Part shown: positions 1-14,117 of the stretch, in pieces
How positions within the stretch are numbered: position 1 is the first letter of the stretch
Layout: each line of letters opens with the position of its first letter
Source of the DNA: Phoronis australis
Taxonomy: Eukaryota; Animalia; Phoronida
Assembly: GCA_002633005.1 (NCBI GenBank)
Contig: NMRA01000004.1
Coordinates: 1,431,077 to 1,495,076 of the forward strand
Length of the DNA: 64,000 bases
Direction of reading: 5' to 3'
Position numbers and translations under genes: made by a program
The notes under the pieces: generated by a model
Database searches by the model: none
What the model saw: only the letters and a program-made list of their open reading frames with translations
What the model was told of the DNA's origin: nothing

Positions 1-1300
1 ACCCGAACATTATTTGTTCACAAGTTACACTAAATTTAGACACCGTCTGCTTTACAGCCTCTGTATGAATGGAAGCCTACGCCGCTGTGAAACTATGAAT
101 GAAAGATCATAGGAGTGACTTGTTTACGCGAGTGTGTCACAAACCCTGCTTTTGATAATATTTTCTTTGCCACATTTACAACTTGCTAGACGATTTTGAA
201 AATTACGCAACTTCTTTTCACCTTCAGAAGCCATTCATAAATTTCACTTATCGATCGTTGGCAATAAGTTGCGCACGCCTTACTGGCGTTACCATGGTTT
301 GTCAAAATAAGTTAGCGAGCTCACAGGAAGTAGTAAAATAAAATGACGATATTTTGCCACGTTTCGCATGTTTAAAGAGACATTGTCATTTTCACAACCA
401 AAACGCATTTTTAAAATTATTATTTGACCAGAGTTATAAAACAACAAAATCCGTTGTGTCTTAGTGATTTTATTACAATTTACCAACTTTCGTTACTGTC
501 TGCCAGACATTCGCTGAAATCAAAGCCAGTGCTTTATCTTACCTGCTGTACGCGTGGGATTGGCTTCAGCGGCTGAGCGTTCGCAAATGGGATCAATTCC
601 GCGCAACAGCCAATTTCTGAAAAGTTGTCTTTCTCGCCGGAAATGTCTCTTTGTAGTACTATCATAACTGCGATGTTATTTTCGTGTTCGTTACGTATTT
701 TACTCCCAATAGTTAAACGGACCGATCAACAAACATTGAACTGAATAAACAAACCAATTCTGTCCTATAACTCGGTTGCAGTTATCAGGCTAAGTTCAGA
801 GAATTGTTTTTCTTCCTCAGTTTTAGAATTTAAGGCAGCTTGGACACCAGGTTTACTCAACGACACAAAATACCGGGTGTCCCAAAATGTACAACCAGGG
901 GGTATCATAGCGCCACATGTATGGAAACGTTGTCCTGGAATCTTGCGGGTGGACAACACACGGAAATCCGAGCATCAGCGCGAGTGTTGTGGTTAGACTT
1001 TCGTAGTATAAATATGGCTCTGGAACAAGCCACTAAAGAATAGTAAATCATGCTGTCGTTCTGTTTGATGCATTGGGAGCTTGCGTGTGCAAAAAGCACC
1101 ATACTTGTGTGGAATGCACACTGTGGATTTACTCTGACAAAATTGTAGCAAATGGAATTCACAGAGGCATTTCTCGACACATGAAGCAAATTGTTACAAT
1201 TTTCAACACCGACCAATCGGCATGTTTAAATGCTGTTTTCTAACCAATTGAAAAGTTTCAATGTCAGTAATTCGTTTTGTTAACTATTGATAAATATAGA

Positions 1301-1426
1301 TTATTACATGGCGAAGTCGTTATCTCCCGTTATCTAGAGCCCGAGTGGATAGGCCCGAGGGTGATAATTCTACAAAATCCACGAGGGCTCTAAATAAGGA
1401 GGATAACGACTGAGAACATGTAATAA
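1301..1426. repeat. ~125-bp imperfect hairpin (end of a non-autonomous repeat running to ~2140)
   Basis: TTATTACATG..GTCGTTATCTCC..TAGAGCCC..GTGGAT is mirrored by ATCCAC..GGGCTCTA..GGATAACGAC..CATGTAATAA. Confidence 0.7.
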
Positions 1427-1980
1427 TATATTTTTACCACAATACTGAACGAGATACATTGCAATGAATCGATCTACCTTTCTCGACTCTCCCCGGCTTT
1501 GTTACTACTTTCTATGTCAGAGGCCCGGGGTCGGAGATCGTGACCTTTTAAGAAAAACCGAGCTATTTTTATCAAATAATGCTTTTACTCAAAACCAATC
1601 GAAAATTTAAACAAAATAGAAATGAAGTGAATCTATAAATTAAGGTTTAGCAAATATTATAGCTTACTACACATTTTATCACGCTAAGCTTCGACCGGGA
1701 AAATATCGTCTGCTAGAGTAGGTTACCACTAGTAACTGAGTATAATGCTCAAGTCAAAGGATCCCGACGACAAGATACCCGCATTCAAATTGGAGATCGG
1801 TGATTTACAAGTGAGAGAACACAAGAGAAAAATTTCAATGAATTAAAATATCATTTTTATGGAAATTATGCGTCTTATTTTTCATAACGTATAAATGTCG
1901 GTACAATGCCCTTTGCTGAACATGCGATTGTTGCAGGTGCTCGTTTAAGTATTCTATTTTCTCGTGCGATGGCTTTAGCC

Positions 1981-2050
1981 GCTGAGTGGTGTAGTGGAAA
2001 AGTCGGCGACTCGAAACTCTTGAGGCCCGGGTTCGAAACCGGCCTCGGTT
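1981..2050 (+). pseudogene. tRNA-like sequence (tRNA pseudogene or SINE head)
   Basis: A box TGGTGTAGTGG and B box GGTTCGAAACC at tRNA spacing. T arm pairs CCGG/CCGG and the acceptor-like stem pairs GCTGAG/CTCGGT. The D and anticodon arms pair poorly. Confidence 0.6.
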
Positions 2051-2829
2051 TCCCGCCAAAATGTTATCTCACTAGTGTGATAACTAAGTGGGTTATTACA
2101 CGGTTGTAATTGCCATTCGACGCTAATATTGTGGTATATGCCGTCTTACCTGATCAATATCAATCCACAGTGCCGCCTCTCGTAACACTGGGTAAGTGTA
2201 ACTCTGAGCTCGTGCCAGACTACTCATGATTTCTCTGAAAGTTGGCGCGTGAGCCGTCACGCGATCTTTATACACGGGAATGGCTTGAAAACAACTCAGT
2301 TTTGAAAAGCGAAAATTTATATTGCGAAAACGCTTTTATATTCTCCCCAAGTTAGCAACCAATGCATTTACATGCACTTTAACTATAAGACTAATCTCCG
2401 TATATTTTGATCTCCTTTTTGTGATTCTAAATCAGTAACTTTGTTCCCGAAGGCCAATAAACAAGGCAGGTATTGAGTCATTTGAAGCGTGATTTTATTT
2501 TTGGGACACCCTGTATGTGTCAAATGGAAGATAGTGATTTCCGTCGCCTACAGATTATCCAAAACATTGGAAAGTAAGAGTGTGAAACCGGTCATGGATT
2601 TGACCAGGCGTGCGTTCCTTAGAGGCGAGAATCTCGAGAAAACGCAAGATTTCGCGAGGTATCGCTATGTGTATCACAAGAGAAGCACGCGATCAAACGA
2701 TCTTTCTTAGGGAGATTATTGCGTCTACAAAACTCTTCCCGGGTTCAAATGGGCTACTTTTCCAAAATATTTTATTTACACACTTCCCTACTGAACACTG
2801 AAAGTGGGACAAAATCGTCATCTTGTTCC

Positions 2830-3109
2830 TTAAAAGGATACTACACCTTGTTTTGGTGATTTCAATCAATGCCTCGTTTTGCCACCTGCCACGTCATTGG
2901 TGTCACACATGAGTGATAAAAGCAGAATTCAAGAAAAATAAATTCTCGCTGAGTCACAAACTGGACATCATGGCTCTTGGTGGGTGGTTTACAAATTTCG
3001 CTCCACACTTTTAAGGGTTACAGAGCAATATTTTGTTTCATAAAACTGGATGGGAAAGTTCTTTTCAATATCTTTTAATAGGCCAAAACCGGATTAGGTG
3101 TCCTTTTAA
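2830..3109. mobile_element. MITE with TTAA-flanked ends (Kolobok-like)
   Basis: TTAAAAGGATACT ... GGTGTCCTTTTAA terminal inverted repeats. Confidence 0.45.
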
Positions 3110-6100
3110 GCTGGCATACTGTGTATATTGTGAAGTACGCTGCACGAGGAAAACTAGGACGGGGTCTTACAAACTTCAGTCGTATTCCTGATAAGCAGTA
3201 AAAGAGGTTAGCGACTGGGCGTCCACAGAAGTGGGACAAAAGTACACCTTTGGTTGTATTTCGCGAAAAGTCTGTTGTCCCTCTTTTATGAATCGGATAT
3301 GATTATTGAGTTCTTTTTGATTATGTTAATTCATTTTTATGGCAAAGAAAGTCATTTATTAGCATATTTCATGATGTTCATACTCACTTGGGAGGCTAGA
3401 AAACATGCTTCTTTAAGTTATTTCATGACGTTTTATGACTCAAAAGCTTTCGAAACCGAACAACCGTGAAAAATTTATAATTTCAGAGGAATAAATGCAA
3501 GTTAATTCATTTTCACCTGCTTAGAATTTGACGAACCTTTTCTTGAAATCGACTGTAAGCCCACCTTCTAGTAGATGTATTGTTTAATGACGTAGGAACA
3601 AAATTGCAGTTTTGGTTCAATAAAGAGGCGATAAAAAATATACCGAAGTCCACGGAAATTGTTTATTGTTTATGAGAAGAAGGATGATTGTTTTCGCTCT
3701 CCCTTGACGTTTTAAAAGTTGCTAGTGTCTTTGCGGTATGAATTTTAGTTTTCCGAAGTTGAGTCGTTTGTTTGCCATTACCAGGCATACTTAGCACGTG
3801 ACGGCTCAGGCACCTACTTTCGAAGCAAGTTGTGACCTAACGCATTAGTCCCGAGAGCACGGGGACTGAACTCGGGCTCTCGCAGTTGTACTGAACTGTT
3901 AGTACAACTTTGGGACACCCTGTAGAAAACGTCTACGCAAAAGTAAACATAACTTCCACTAATTGATCAAATACAAGTTTTTTAAACCTATTGGTACTAT
4001 GAAACAAAATTGCATTCGCTTTAAAATGTGTCTATCCAAACGTTTGATGATGTTTCGAAACAATATTGAACTTTTTCTAAATCCATGTTTGATAGTGTTA
4101 AATTAACCATGGATCAAATAGCGTCTTGAACGAAAGGCTGTGTGGGTGAAAGGTCAGGCTCGTCAAGAAATCTTGGTATTTAATTACTTGTTATTTTCTT
4201 TCCCGTTTGAGTTAGTAAACAAATTATTCTTCATTTTGTTTCTAAAACACTGAATTCTATTCGGGATGACGTCATTGCCTTCATTAGGGCATGAACAAAT
4301 ACGGAAATAATCTCAGTAGATTGGTCCGCAGAGAAAAAGATTCCGCTAATTATTGATAGAATACAGCGAACTGAAGTTGCGTCGTTTGTCCTAATACCAT
4401 TAACTTCCAATTAAAATTGAATGATAATTTCCGTTATAAGGTCGATCGAATTTTTCATTCCTTAAATTGGTTTACGCTCCAAAAGAACTTATCAGAATGA
4501 ATAATGGAAATTATCTAAGACTTCCGCTATGCATCAACTAACGGCCAAGCTAGATAACTGTTTTCAAATAAAAAATCTCACGCATAAATGAACATGCATT
4601 CGAGAAAAATCTTTGCGAAACATTCAAACATGCCGCGAAAGTACATAATTTGTTATGTAATATATTTGAACTCTATTGCATACTAACCCTACTACGAACT
4701 CGGTTGTAAACTGTGTTGAACGTACTTATGGCCTTGAGGTACGTGAATGAACAGCATATTCGTATTTATTTACAAAACATTCATGAAAACGTTTTCATAG
4801 TTTACTCCGTGTGGTTAGGTGCAAATTTTCATGTGCCTCACAAACTTATTACAGTGTGTTCAAACATTTTCATAAAATTGTTGCCGAGATGATGCCGGAT
4901 TTACAAACGTCCATGGCCGCAGACTTAATACTTAAAAGAGGTTGAAAGTGCTTTTTTGATGCCGAAAGCATCTTAGGCCGTAAGGATTAGAATATTTACA
5001 AAAAATCCACGTCGGCATCTAACAGAGAAGATCAGTTACAAAAATGCATAATTATTATAACTAAAATTATTGTCAATTGCAATACGTTCGTAAATTTGTA
5101 ACAAAAATCTTCTACAAATAGTAAAACTTAAGTATGACCTTGACCCACAGGTATTCGCGTAGCTAGAAAATCACACCTTGATCCGATAAACTGCTGCCTA
5201 ACAAGTCAAGCACCCAGTACGTGGTCATTATGGCAAGAATCCCAAAGCCTTCATCTGATAACTTAGCTAGCACACTATTGCAATTGTGATCAGAAATCAT
5301 AATTCAACTAACTGCACTTTTCTAGAAATCACACTTTAGCGATGGCTTATCGGAAACACTTCACAACGTGTATTGCAATAGCTTTTTCACACAAGAAAAT
5401 TGAAAACCCCAGATGTGTTCAGTCATAATTTAAAGAATAAATACGACGATGTAGACATTGATTCTGTATGTTGTTTTCTGTACAACAATCCTGGGGCCAG
5501 GGTTTCAATAAAATGTCAACTTTATTACGATTTATTTACAGTCTTAATCGGAAACTTACGCAAAACTTAGAATGTGTGCGAAATTACGACACTCAAGTGG
5601 TAGGGGCCCCCAAGCCTGTGATTGGTCAAACCAAAAACCCATTGCTTGGTAATATACTTGGCCATTCGCTTAAAGAAATTTGTAGGAAATATTACCACCT
5701 GTTCGTCTGTGTGATTGCAGGCGTATGCAAATTGTTCTTCAGTTAGCTCTTTATACTCCAGAGCCCGCTGTGGCGGCCCTGATTTAGAACCAGATTGCAA
5801 AACCCGTGAGAGTAAGACCTGTCTAGCTGAGGTTGTTTACTTGTAAGGCTTTTAAGTAGCTTTCTGCTTTTCTAAGCCTTTTCAACGTGGCACAACACAA
5901 GGTCATTCGCATTCATAGAATCCTCATAAAGAAACGCATGAGCCACTCGATCCTAACTTGTATTGAGCTTACGGGCTGACGGTTGGTCCTTCATATGTTA
6001 ATTTAAATATAGCTGTGCTGACGAAATCAAAAGATCAGGCCGCAATACATTACAAGCAGCGATAAGATCGGAAGCGATAAGATTTCAGTTCACAATTTGG

Positions 6101-7829
6101 TTTCATTGTGTTTAAACACTTCTGTGTTTTCTGTCATATTGCAGCAAATCGAAAACACCGCACAAGGTTGATTAAATATCAACCGAATGAAAACAGTTCC
6201 ATTTGCGATCGTATTTGGAAACATGGAACAAGTTAAACAATAAAAAGCCTTGGAGCCCGTTTTTGCTTATGTGAAATTTTGTTTAGATTATAAACAAGAC
6301 CCGTCAAATGTAACGTAAACATATAGGCCTACGAGCGACTCTAAGACTTTGGAGAGACGCACGTCGAAGGTGAAATTTAATACTTCTCCAATGTAAGCAC
6401 GGTTTAAAAGGTTTCTGTATCATATTATTGAGTTTATATGACAAGAATAGGGTAGTAATATTCGAATCTAATCAATTAAAAACTGGCTCCAACGGCTTTG
6501 AGCTGCTGTAAAAAATGCCACGCCTTTCACAGCCCGCATTTTGTAATGAAAACTTCGTAATGTTATTCATTATCATGATACATACTTTTACAAATACCCA
6601 ACTTTGAATACTAATAATAATTTAAAGATGTTTTGCCTGCAATGGCATGATAAATGAACAGAATCCTTTTCGAAAAGTTCAGGAATTCAGTCATGTACTT
6701 TTTCTTGAGAAAATTATTAGCAAACTGTTAAATCATTTTTCAAGACGATAGCAAAGAATTGTACAATATGCGATTGCACATTATGTCTGGGCTTTTGAAG
6801 AAGCAACATTTTGAAATTTGACGCTAGGCTCAACGGTTTAGCTTGAGCTCCAGGTGACAAAAAATCCGTTTTTCACAAGCCCATAAATCCGAGTAAAAAC
6901 ATTTGCGAGACCAAACGGTAAATGGCCCATAACAAACAAGATTTTTGACAGAAAGGCGGGTTTAGGCCTATAACAATTTTAATGAACCCCTTTACTCCCG
7001 GTAATTGTGCATCGGACCAGAGTTGTATTATTTTGTAATATCAACGTTATTTCTTTTTACACGACTGGTCAGAAAACAAATAACTAATTTATGTTTCACG
7101 CTATTATCAACAGTTACAATATACGCTTGCGAAGGACTTATACATTTACTTATCCTTTGTTTTAAATGCAATAAGAAATTTCCAGTTTTCTCGAGTGAAC
7201 ACAGTTTCCGTTCACGCCATCAACTTTCAAGATTGCGGAAAAGACTCGAGCGAATGGTGCTTTTATCTACAGGACACATGATAAGCAAAAACCAATATTT
7301 AAACCTTGCACCATAAAGTTTAAAAGACACCGTTAATTATCTTTGAATATACAAACTGCAGGTCAGCGTTGCTGTGTTATACGAAATAGGGTACCACATA
7401 TTTTATTTTCAAAGATTTTCTTTCCAAACCTTCACCTCGTTTTTCGCGTTTTGCTTGAAATCAACGATTCCACGATGGGCCTGGAGTTTGATGCGTCACA
7501 CTTTTTTTAATTTATTCTACTCACAGGTACCAAAACATTGTGAGTAATAAAAGAATGATTCACAGCTAAAAGGACCGGCTTCACGTATGACAAGGACTGC
7601 CGGGTGTCAAAACAGTCACTTTCTTCACAGGCGAATTTGCCCTTCATACGCAACGCCGTAGCGTTCTTATTCTTTTTGCAATATTGAAACTGGTAACAAT
7701 GCTTGGGCCTTGATGGCTATACTACTTCAGCGGCTGAAACCAAACCGGCCCACAAGCAAGCCTTCTACAGGGCCTGGTCTGAAGCGACAACGAACTGTCT
7801 GCTGTTCTCTAGACCAGTCTCCCGTTCGG

Positions 7830-7938
7830 GAGATTACGTGAGATATTGCCGTGTGTTTTAAATAAGAGCACGTGACTTTAGCTAGATTTTAGCTAGGTCC
7901 TAGCGTAGGTCCTATCATTACTAGTGAACGCACGCCAG
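7830..7938 (+). repeat. ~105-bp dispersed repeat, copy 1
   Basis: Near-identical to 11277-11380 (GAGATTACGTGAGATATTGCCGTG...CTAGGTCCTAGCGTAGGTCCTA...). Confidence 0.85.
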
Positions 7939-8256
7939 GAATCGTTTCTAATGTGGACAAGGAACATGATGAGACGGATTTACAACTGAAAGTGGCCCAT
8001 ATCCAGATGGCGCGGGTTAATTGCTGCCAAGTCATGAGTTTTGACATAGTTTTCCGTGCGACATCAGTACTGCTGGTCTCAGCAGCCGGAGAGTGTTGAA
8101 ATTCATTCCAGGTGCTGTCATACGACATTTAAAGGGAAACTATCGGTTTTATTACCGCAAAATCCAGTTCTGGGATTATTGCTGGATGCAATAGACTTCT
8201 TGAAGTTCTGACCAGAGCTATAAAACAAGAAAATCCATTGTAATTTTGTAATTTTA

Positions 8257-8484
8257 CATGCGCGCACCCAGCCTTTAATATGGGGGGCTAGAATTTCTGA
8301 CAAAGTGGACCTTTTGCTAATAAAAAACCGGGAGGACTAAAAAAATATGGGGTACCACCTCCAGAACTGTGAACTGTGCGTCTGTGCCTTTTTAGTGGAC
8401 TTTAGTCTCATTTCCTCAGACTTTTTGTTTCTCTGAGGCGGACCTTTTTACCCACTTCGCCCCCGCCCCCTGGGTGCGCGCATG
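8257..8484. mobile_element. MITE inserted into an older repeat
   Basis: TIR CATGCGCGCACCCAG / CTGGGTGCGCGCATG. The flanks join to match the uninterrupted copy at ~425-530. Confidence 0.8.
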
Positions 8485-9803
8485 ATTTATTACAAGTCAC
8501 CAATTCTCGAAGTTGTTTGTCAGACATTAGCTGAAATCAAGGCCGGTGACTACGAGTTGAATACGCTCAAAAACTCTTCTTCCATTAAAGGAGCGGGATA
8601 TAGCTACGCTAGCAGAGCGTCAGCCTGAGACCGCGGGGGCGATTCCGCTCCTAGGCTGATCTGAGAAAATCACCTTTCTCACGTTGATAACGTCCCTTAA
8701 AGACGTCAGTTTTACTTTGGACACTGTGAATGGGAAGATCATTTATTTGTCTATCATCATCGCTAAACATCCGCTTCTTCAAACAGTCAAAACGATTCAT
8801 AATATTTGATGTAATAACACACGCTGCTCAGTGGACCCAAGTTCCGCTCGCTACAGGAGGCGGACCCCCAGTGCACTCATTAACTCCATCGCATACCCAG
8901 TCCTTTTGTAAACGTACGATTATTATTTAACGTTGACAAATGGACGCTCACTCACAAAACACTAATGTGGGGAGTGCTGTTGAAACGACCATTATAAGCA
9001 TGTTTCGGGCAATTATGCTAATTATAGGACTTCTTTTGTGCGTCGCTCTGTCATTCCATTCAAAGTAATACAACGCGCACCTGCGAAAATGGCATTCTTC
9101 ATAAATTTCTTAATGAAGCGAGTTGTGATTGCAAATATATCTCGTAATGTTACGTAAAATTCATTAAATCAAACATTCGCGTTTTGGGCGAGTGACCGGG
9201 CAAAGTTGACATAAAGTAGGTTTATTTGGGTTCATTTCTATTCACTGTGTTCCCTTTTAACGTTTATTTATTTACCTGGTCTTTTATTCCTGGGGTTTGA
9301 AATATTATTTTAAAGACAGTTGAACGCTTATTAGATTTAATTTGTCAACCAAGTTCGCTTACGGGGTCACTGAGTGCAGAAATTGTAAACATTTCTCTCA
9401 GCGTGTAAGCAAAAGTCGCCCTTAGAAACCTTTACATAAAGACCCCCACTACGCCAACAGGGAGTTTTTATAAGAGGTGAAAGATGGTTTGGATTAGCGT
9501 CGCTCAGAAATGATGCTGAGGGCAAACAATTTCAGCATCATTTGGCAATTCCTCTTTGCAAAAGAACGCGCGTAAGAAAAGAAATGAATTACAAGTAAAA
9601 TGGTTATGGCGTGGACGTCATCAGGGCCTAGTTGTATTAACATGGTGTTCGAAATATCAGGGAAGTAGACTCTGTAGATATGGTCGTATGTAGGAATCGT
9701 TCTTGTTTAATATGGGTTAACATCGTTGTAACAGTGAACATTTTCTAACATCATTTATTAAAACTATAATTGTTTTGTTGTGAAAGTTAATTTTCTTATA
9801 ATA

Positions 9804-9957
9804 CAGTGGAGGATTTAAGGAGTGGGGGAGGAGGCCATTTCCCCCTAAAAATTTCCCAGATTCTATTGGGTACTTCGGAGGTGCGAATGTCTGATGGGCA
9901 AAATCCTGGCTAATACTCTGCCCTGCCCCCCAACTGAAAAGCCTGGATCTGCCCCTG
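9804..9957. mobile_element. Small MITE
   Basis: CAGTGGAGGATTTA ... GGATCTGCCCCTG ends, flanked by the direct repeat TAATA. Confidence 0.55.
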
Positions 9958-11276
9958 TAATACCCACTTCCTTTTTAAAGTGGATAAACACGCAACATGC
10001 CAATTAATCAAATCAAACCAACTTAAAATGTTCTTCATGTGATAGCAATTGATTGTAACCATCTACAGAAATTGCGAGAGCACCCGATTTTCAAATTAGA
10101 AATGCTTGGACTGTGCTTTCATGAAAGAAGAATTTTGACTCTTAGTTACATGCCAATGTTCCGTTTGACCTCTTTGAAAGCCTTCAAATTAATTTCCATT
10201 ATTATGCCGAAATGTTTTCGGTCTTTGTATGGCTTGGTAGCTTAGTAAATAATTCGAATTTTAAGCAGTGAATAAATAGGAAACATACCTTGACTAGCAC
10301 GAAATTAAAATTAAACAATTTGGGTAACTGCGCATGCGTTAGATCCGAATGCCAAAAATGATGAAGTGAGCACTCATTATTAACATTTTGTCGTACACTT
10401 AAACACAAACTATGAAAATGTAATGTTATAGTTGCAGTACCCAAGTTTGGGGAATAGGAAGGTTAAATTTAATCAAGTAACACCGATTTTTGTTTGTTTT
10501 TTACATCGACGGCAACGAATTAAGGACTTCAATCCGGCGGGTACAAAAAATCTCCCAAGACGCGCGTCCTTCCAATCTTAATAAACAATTACCCTGGAAA
10601 AATTTAATAGCTTCTAGGTTGCAGATGCTAAATTATATTTTCACCCATCGTTTTGTGTAGTTGATAATTTTGTTTCCCGGTAGATTACAGTATGCGTGTA
10701 CATTATTCACAAGTCTATGTCTATTGTTCACGCTCCACCCATTTGCATCTTTTTTCGTTTCAATCTCGAGATTAGCAGCAGACCTGTGTATTATTCGTAC
10801 CATTAGTATTGAAATGCGACTTATTTTAACTCGTTTAACGTACTTGTTGGTAAAATACATAATTATTTATTAGATCACATTGTAACGTATTGCATGGTAT
10901 ATAGGACCTTATTGATAAGTCTCCATTTTAGCCAAATATCTACAAACCTATACATTTTAATTCAGTAAAATATACATTTTCCAAAAGTAGGAAGCCTGTA
11001 AAATTTGATTTTTTACACTTTATTAATCTGATTTAGCAAAAAAGATAGGTACACTGATTGGAAAACAACCGTCTCAATATCATGACCAATTTTTATTTGG
11101 TTCTCGAAATCCGGAACCTCTTTAAATGACTAGACAGTGTCCCAAAAGGAATCTGGATGACTGACCTATAAACGACAACTGTAAGTTTTTTTATCAGACG
11201 TTTCAATTTTCTTCAGGCACGAGTCCTGCTTCCCGTTCAGTAACTCTAGGGTCTCTCTAAAAAGCAAGACTTTGTG

Positions 11277-11380
11277 AGATTACGTGAGATATTGCCGTGT
11301 ATTTTAAATGAGAACACGTGACTTTGGCTAGATTTTAGCTAGGTCCTAGCGTAGGTCCTAGCATTACTGAGCGCACGTCA
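11277..11380 (+). repeat. ~105-bp dispersed repeat, copy 2
   Basis: Direct copy of 7830-7938. Confidence 0.85.
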
Positions 11381-11529
11381 GCTTTTCAAAACGGAGCAGT
11401 TCACATGGGCTTCGATTACAATTGTCCACGGAGTTCACACGGTAAATGGTGACAAGCGGGTATGAGTTAGACAATCCTTAACTTGCCGTTTCGCAACTTT
11501 GCCGTAAGACAGCATAAAACATTTTAAAA

Positions 11530-13230
11530 ATGTATTTATTTACATTTTATTGATTCATTAAAATATATTAAGTCATGTACAATGAGATCTTAAAATAACA
11601 TTATAAACAAATTAAAACAATTAAGATCAACAACGTGTCTCAATGTAAAGTCAAACCAAATGTTCTGTTTGACAAGAAATTATCAATTCCTCAAATATCT
11701 GTAGTACACACAGGCATTTCCGTGTCGTAAAGCTCAATAACAAAGTACATACAAAACTTTTAAAGACCAGTTTCGCGTAAATGAACCACTGAATAAAAAA
11801 TTGCCGTATGTCACACAAACCCGGCAATGTTGAAATACACGGATGCTTTAATCGAGCTGTTGATGTGGAGATGCACTTACAGAACATTATGTCATTAGCA
11901 CTGACCAAACGAAGCGTAAAAGGGACAGTCCTACCTCGAGCATAGGTGGTTATTGACCTTGAGACATGGATCCGCTCACCCATCGCAAAGGCCAGCACAG
12001 ACGGAGAGGTACGAGTTGTTCAACAGTCTGTCTCACTGAACGTTAGGTGAACACAGCCCGCGTCAAGGAGTGAATAACTGAATGAACTACTCGACAGGGT
12101 CACTCAACAGTTATTGTATTTTCGCACCTTGACATGAGGTATCTGCTCAGTTGACTTTCACAGCTCTCCGTCTGCACTGAACCTAACGGATTGGTTGATA
12201 CGAACCACTCCTCCACTTCGACATTGACCTAAATAGGCGTTGCATGCTGAAGCGTCAATAAATCATATACCACTGCTTTGAATAGTAGACAGGAGCCTTC
12301 CAGAAGTAGGCTTCTGGTGGGTTAGAGGTATGAACATGCTTAACTTAATAGTACCCAAGGCTTGTTAAAAGCATTATGGCACGTGTAAATCAGTAATTTA
12401 AAGTCAGAAGCAAAGGTATCAAGCAACTTCCCTCAGGGAAAAGCTGCTCAGCGTTATCCTGTAAATTTTATGTAACATGTGGGCCAAGGCCTTAAATGTT
12501 GAAATACATGATTTTTTTTGTATCAAGCAACTATGGTGAACAGGATTATGCAACGTGTTTTACTTAGTATTGCCTAAAACAATCACAAGCTAATACAGGT
12601 TATTCAGTCTTTTTAGTGTTACAACAGTGCGACTCACTCGTTGAGCTTGTAAGTCAATTTCGCCATATACTCAGCTGGAATCGACGAAATGGGGCCAAGA
12701 CATTGAGTGGGGGTTGAACAACCAACAGTAATTTTGGGATTACGTTGCTGTCCAAATGAGGCAAACCAGGAAAGCATTCGTGACAGTGCTTAAACAGCTC
12801 CTCATTCGTATCAGCTTTAAATCGTCAAATGGGAAGTTCAAGCTTCCAACTGTAGACAGATTAACTTTGACAAACAAGCTATGATTAACACAAATCTTTG
12901 CTTATCCTTTTCCACTTTTTGCAGATCTAAGTGCATCAGTGTTTGAAACCTGCTGTGAATATTGTTTCCTTGGCTTTAGGATTTGAATGAATCAGATGAT
13001 CCCAATAATTGGAAAGGCTAACCATATTCAAGAAGTGCTCTATAGTATCAAAAGCTTTTGACAGATCACTAAACAAGCGAAACAAAGCACCAGGATCAGT
13101 AGTCAAAAAACACGGCCGCAAGGCATGTTTCATTAGTGACTCACGCTCTTTTGAGAAGAGTCCAACCATTATAATAGAGGGGTGAAGTGAAAACATGGTA
13201 GCTAGACTAACAAGAAACTTCAACAATACA
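11530..13230 (-). mobile_element. Decayed LINE (CR1/L2-group) 3' fragment
   Basis: RT motif FSDLSKAFDTIEH at ~13036-13074, a degenerate PxxxLGP motif near 12690-12715, and an A-rich tail with AATAAA near 11535-11552. Many stops. Confidence 0.65.
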
Positions 13231-13408
13231 TAATATTTGCTCAGAAATAATCTGCTTCTGCTGTGGTTACTATAACCTGTTGCACCAGAAGCTCATTGTC
13301 AGTCAGTTACATTATTATACTATGGGACAACTTCTGAGGGAGAAGAAATTGAACTAAGAACCTTTAAGCTTGCAGACCTAGGTGCAAAGTGTGTGATACG
13401 ACCATTCT

Positions 13409-13414
13409 TTTATT
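13409..13414 (-). terminator. Candidate polyadenylation signal (AATAAA) of the sclerostin-like gene
   Basis: TTTATT on the plus strand about 1.25 kb downstream of the stop. Supported by position only. Confidence 0.35.
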
Positions 13415-14117
13415 GCAGATTCACTATACTGGTCCGTCAAATCCAGTAAAGATAACTTTCCCCAAGGTCTGAAACGAGTGACCACAGGATAAAATCTCTC
13501 TCAAACAACTATAAAATTCTCAAACAAATGACGAAATACTGACGTGTTCAAAAACAGAAAATCACCGATACTGAAAAGAACAAACAACGTTGGCCTACCA
13601 TTCTCATCAGGTGATATCACCTGGTACAATTCCCGATGTGTAGTCCTATCTGCACCAAACAGAAATTTAGATCAATATTTACGAAACAACGATGAATGGT
13701 ATAGCTATAACTTCAAAGGCAAATGCAGCGTAAATTAATTTGGTTTCATCTGATGGACGTAAGGGGGCACCTCAAACATTCAGTGTGACAAGGCAGTGCA
13801 ACGTGTCTGCACTTTAAAGCAACGACCTGAAAGACCTCGCGCACTAAAACTGTAACTTGAATGTAGATGTAGGTACATTCCACTATGTCCTGTTCAGTAT
13901 CATGAAGAACTTGGAAAACAAACGGAGACATGGCTATCTACATATCACCAGTTCACCAATAAATAGAAAAAATAACCACAGTTGTTTCACTATTACTTAA
14001 TTATCCACATAAATGTCTTTTCGCGCTATATGAGAAACCCTTGAGTGGTTTACAAAGCATAGCTTACAGTGCGTTCCCAGAACGCTGCGTGTACGACTAG
14101 AACGGTAGAAAGCTACA

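Larger units (their letters stand above)
873..3922. mobile_element. Tc1/mariner-like non-autonomous element(s) with nested insertions
   Basis: Left end TA|CCGGGTGTCCCAAAA at 873. Matching right ends TTTGGGACACCCTG|TA end at 2513 and 3922. No transposase ORF. Confidence 0.6.

Noticed and set aside
1981-2050. Functional tRNA gene
   Set aside because: The D and anticodon stems do not pair properly and it lies within a repeat, so it is kept only as tRNA-like.
1-11500. Short ORFs (60-105 aa) in the first 11 kb
   Set aside because: No recognisable domains or consistent exon chain; the region is dominated by repeats.
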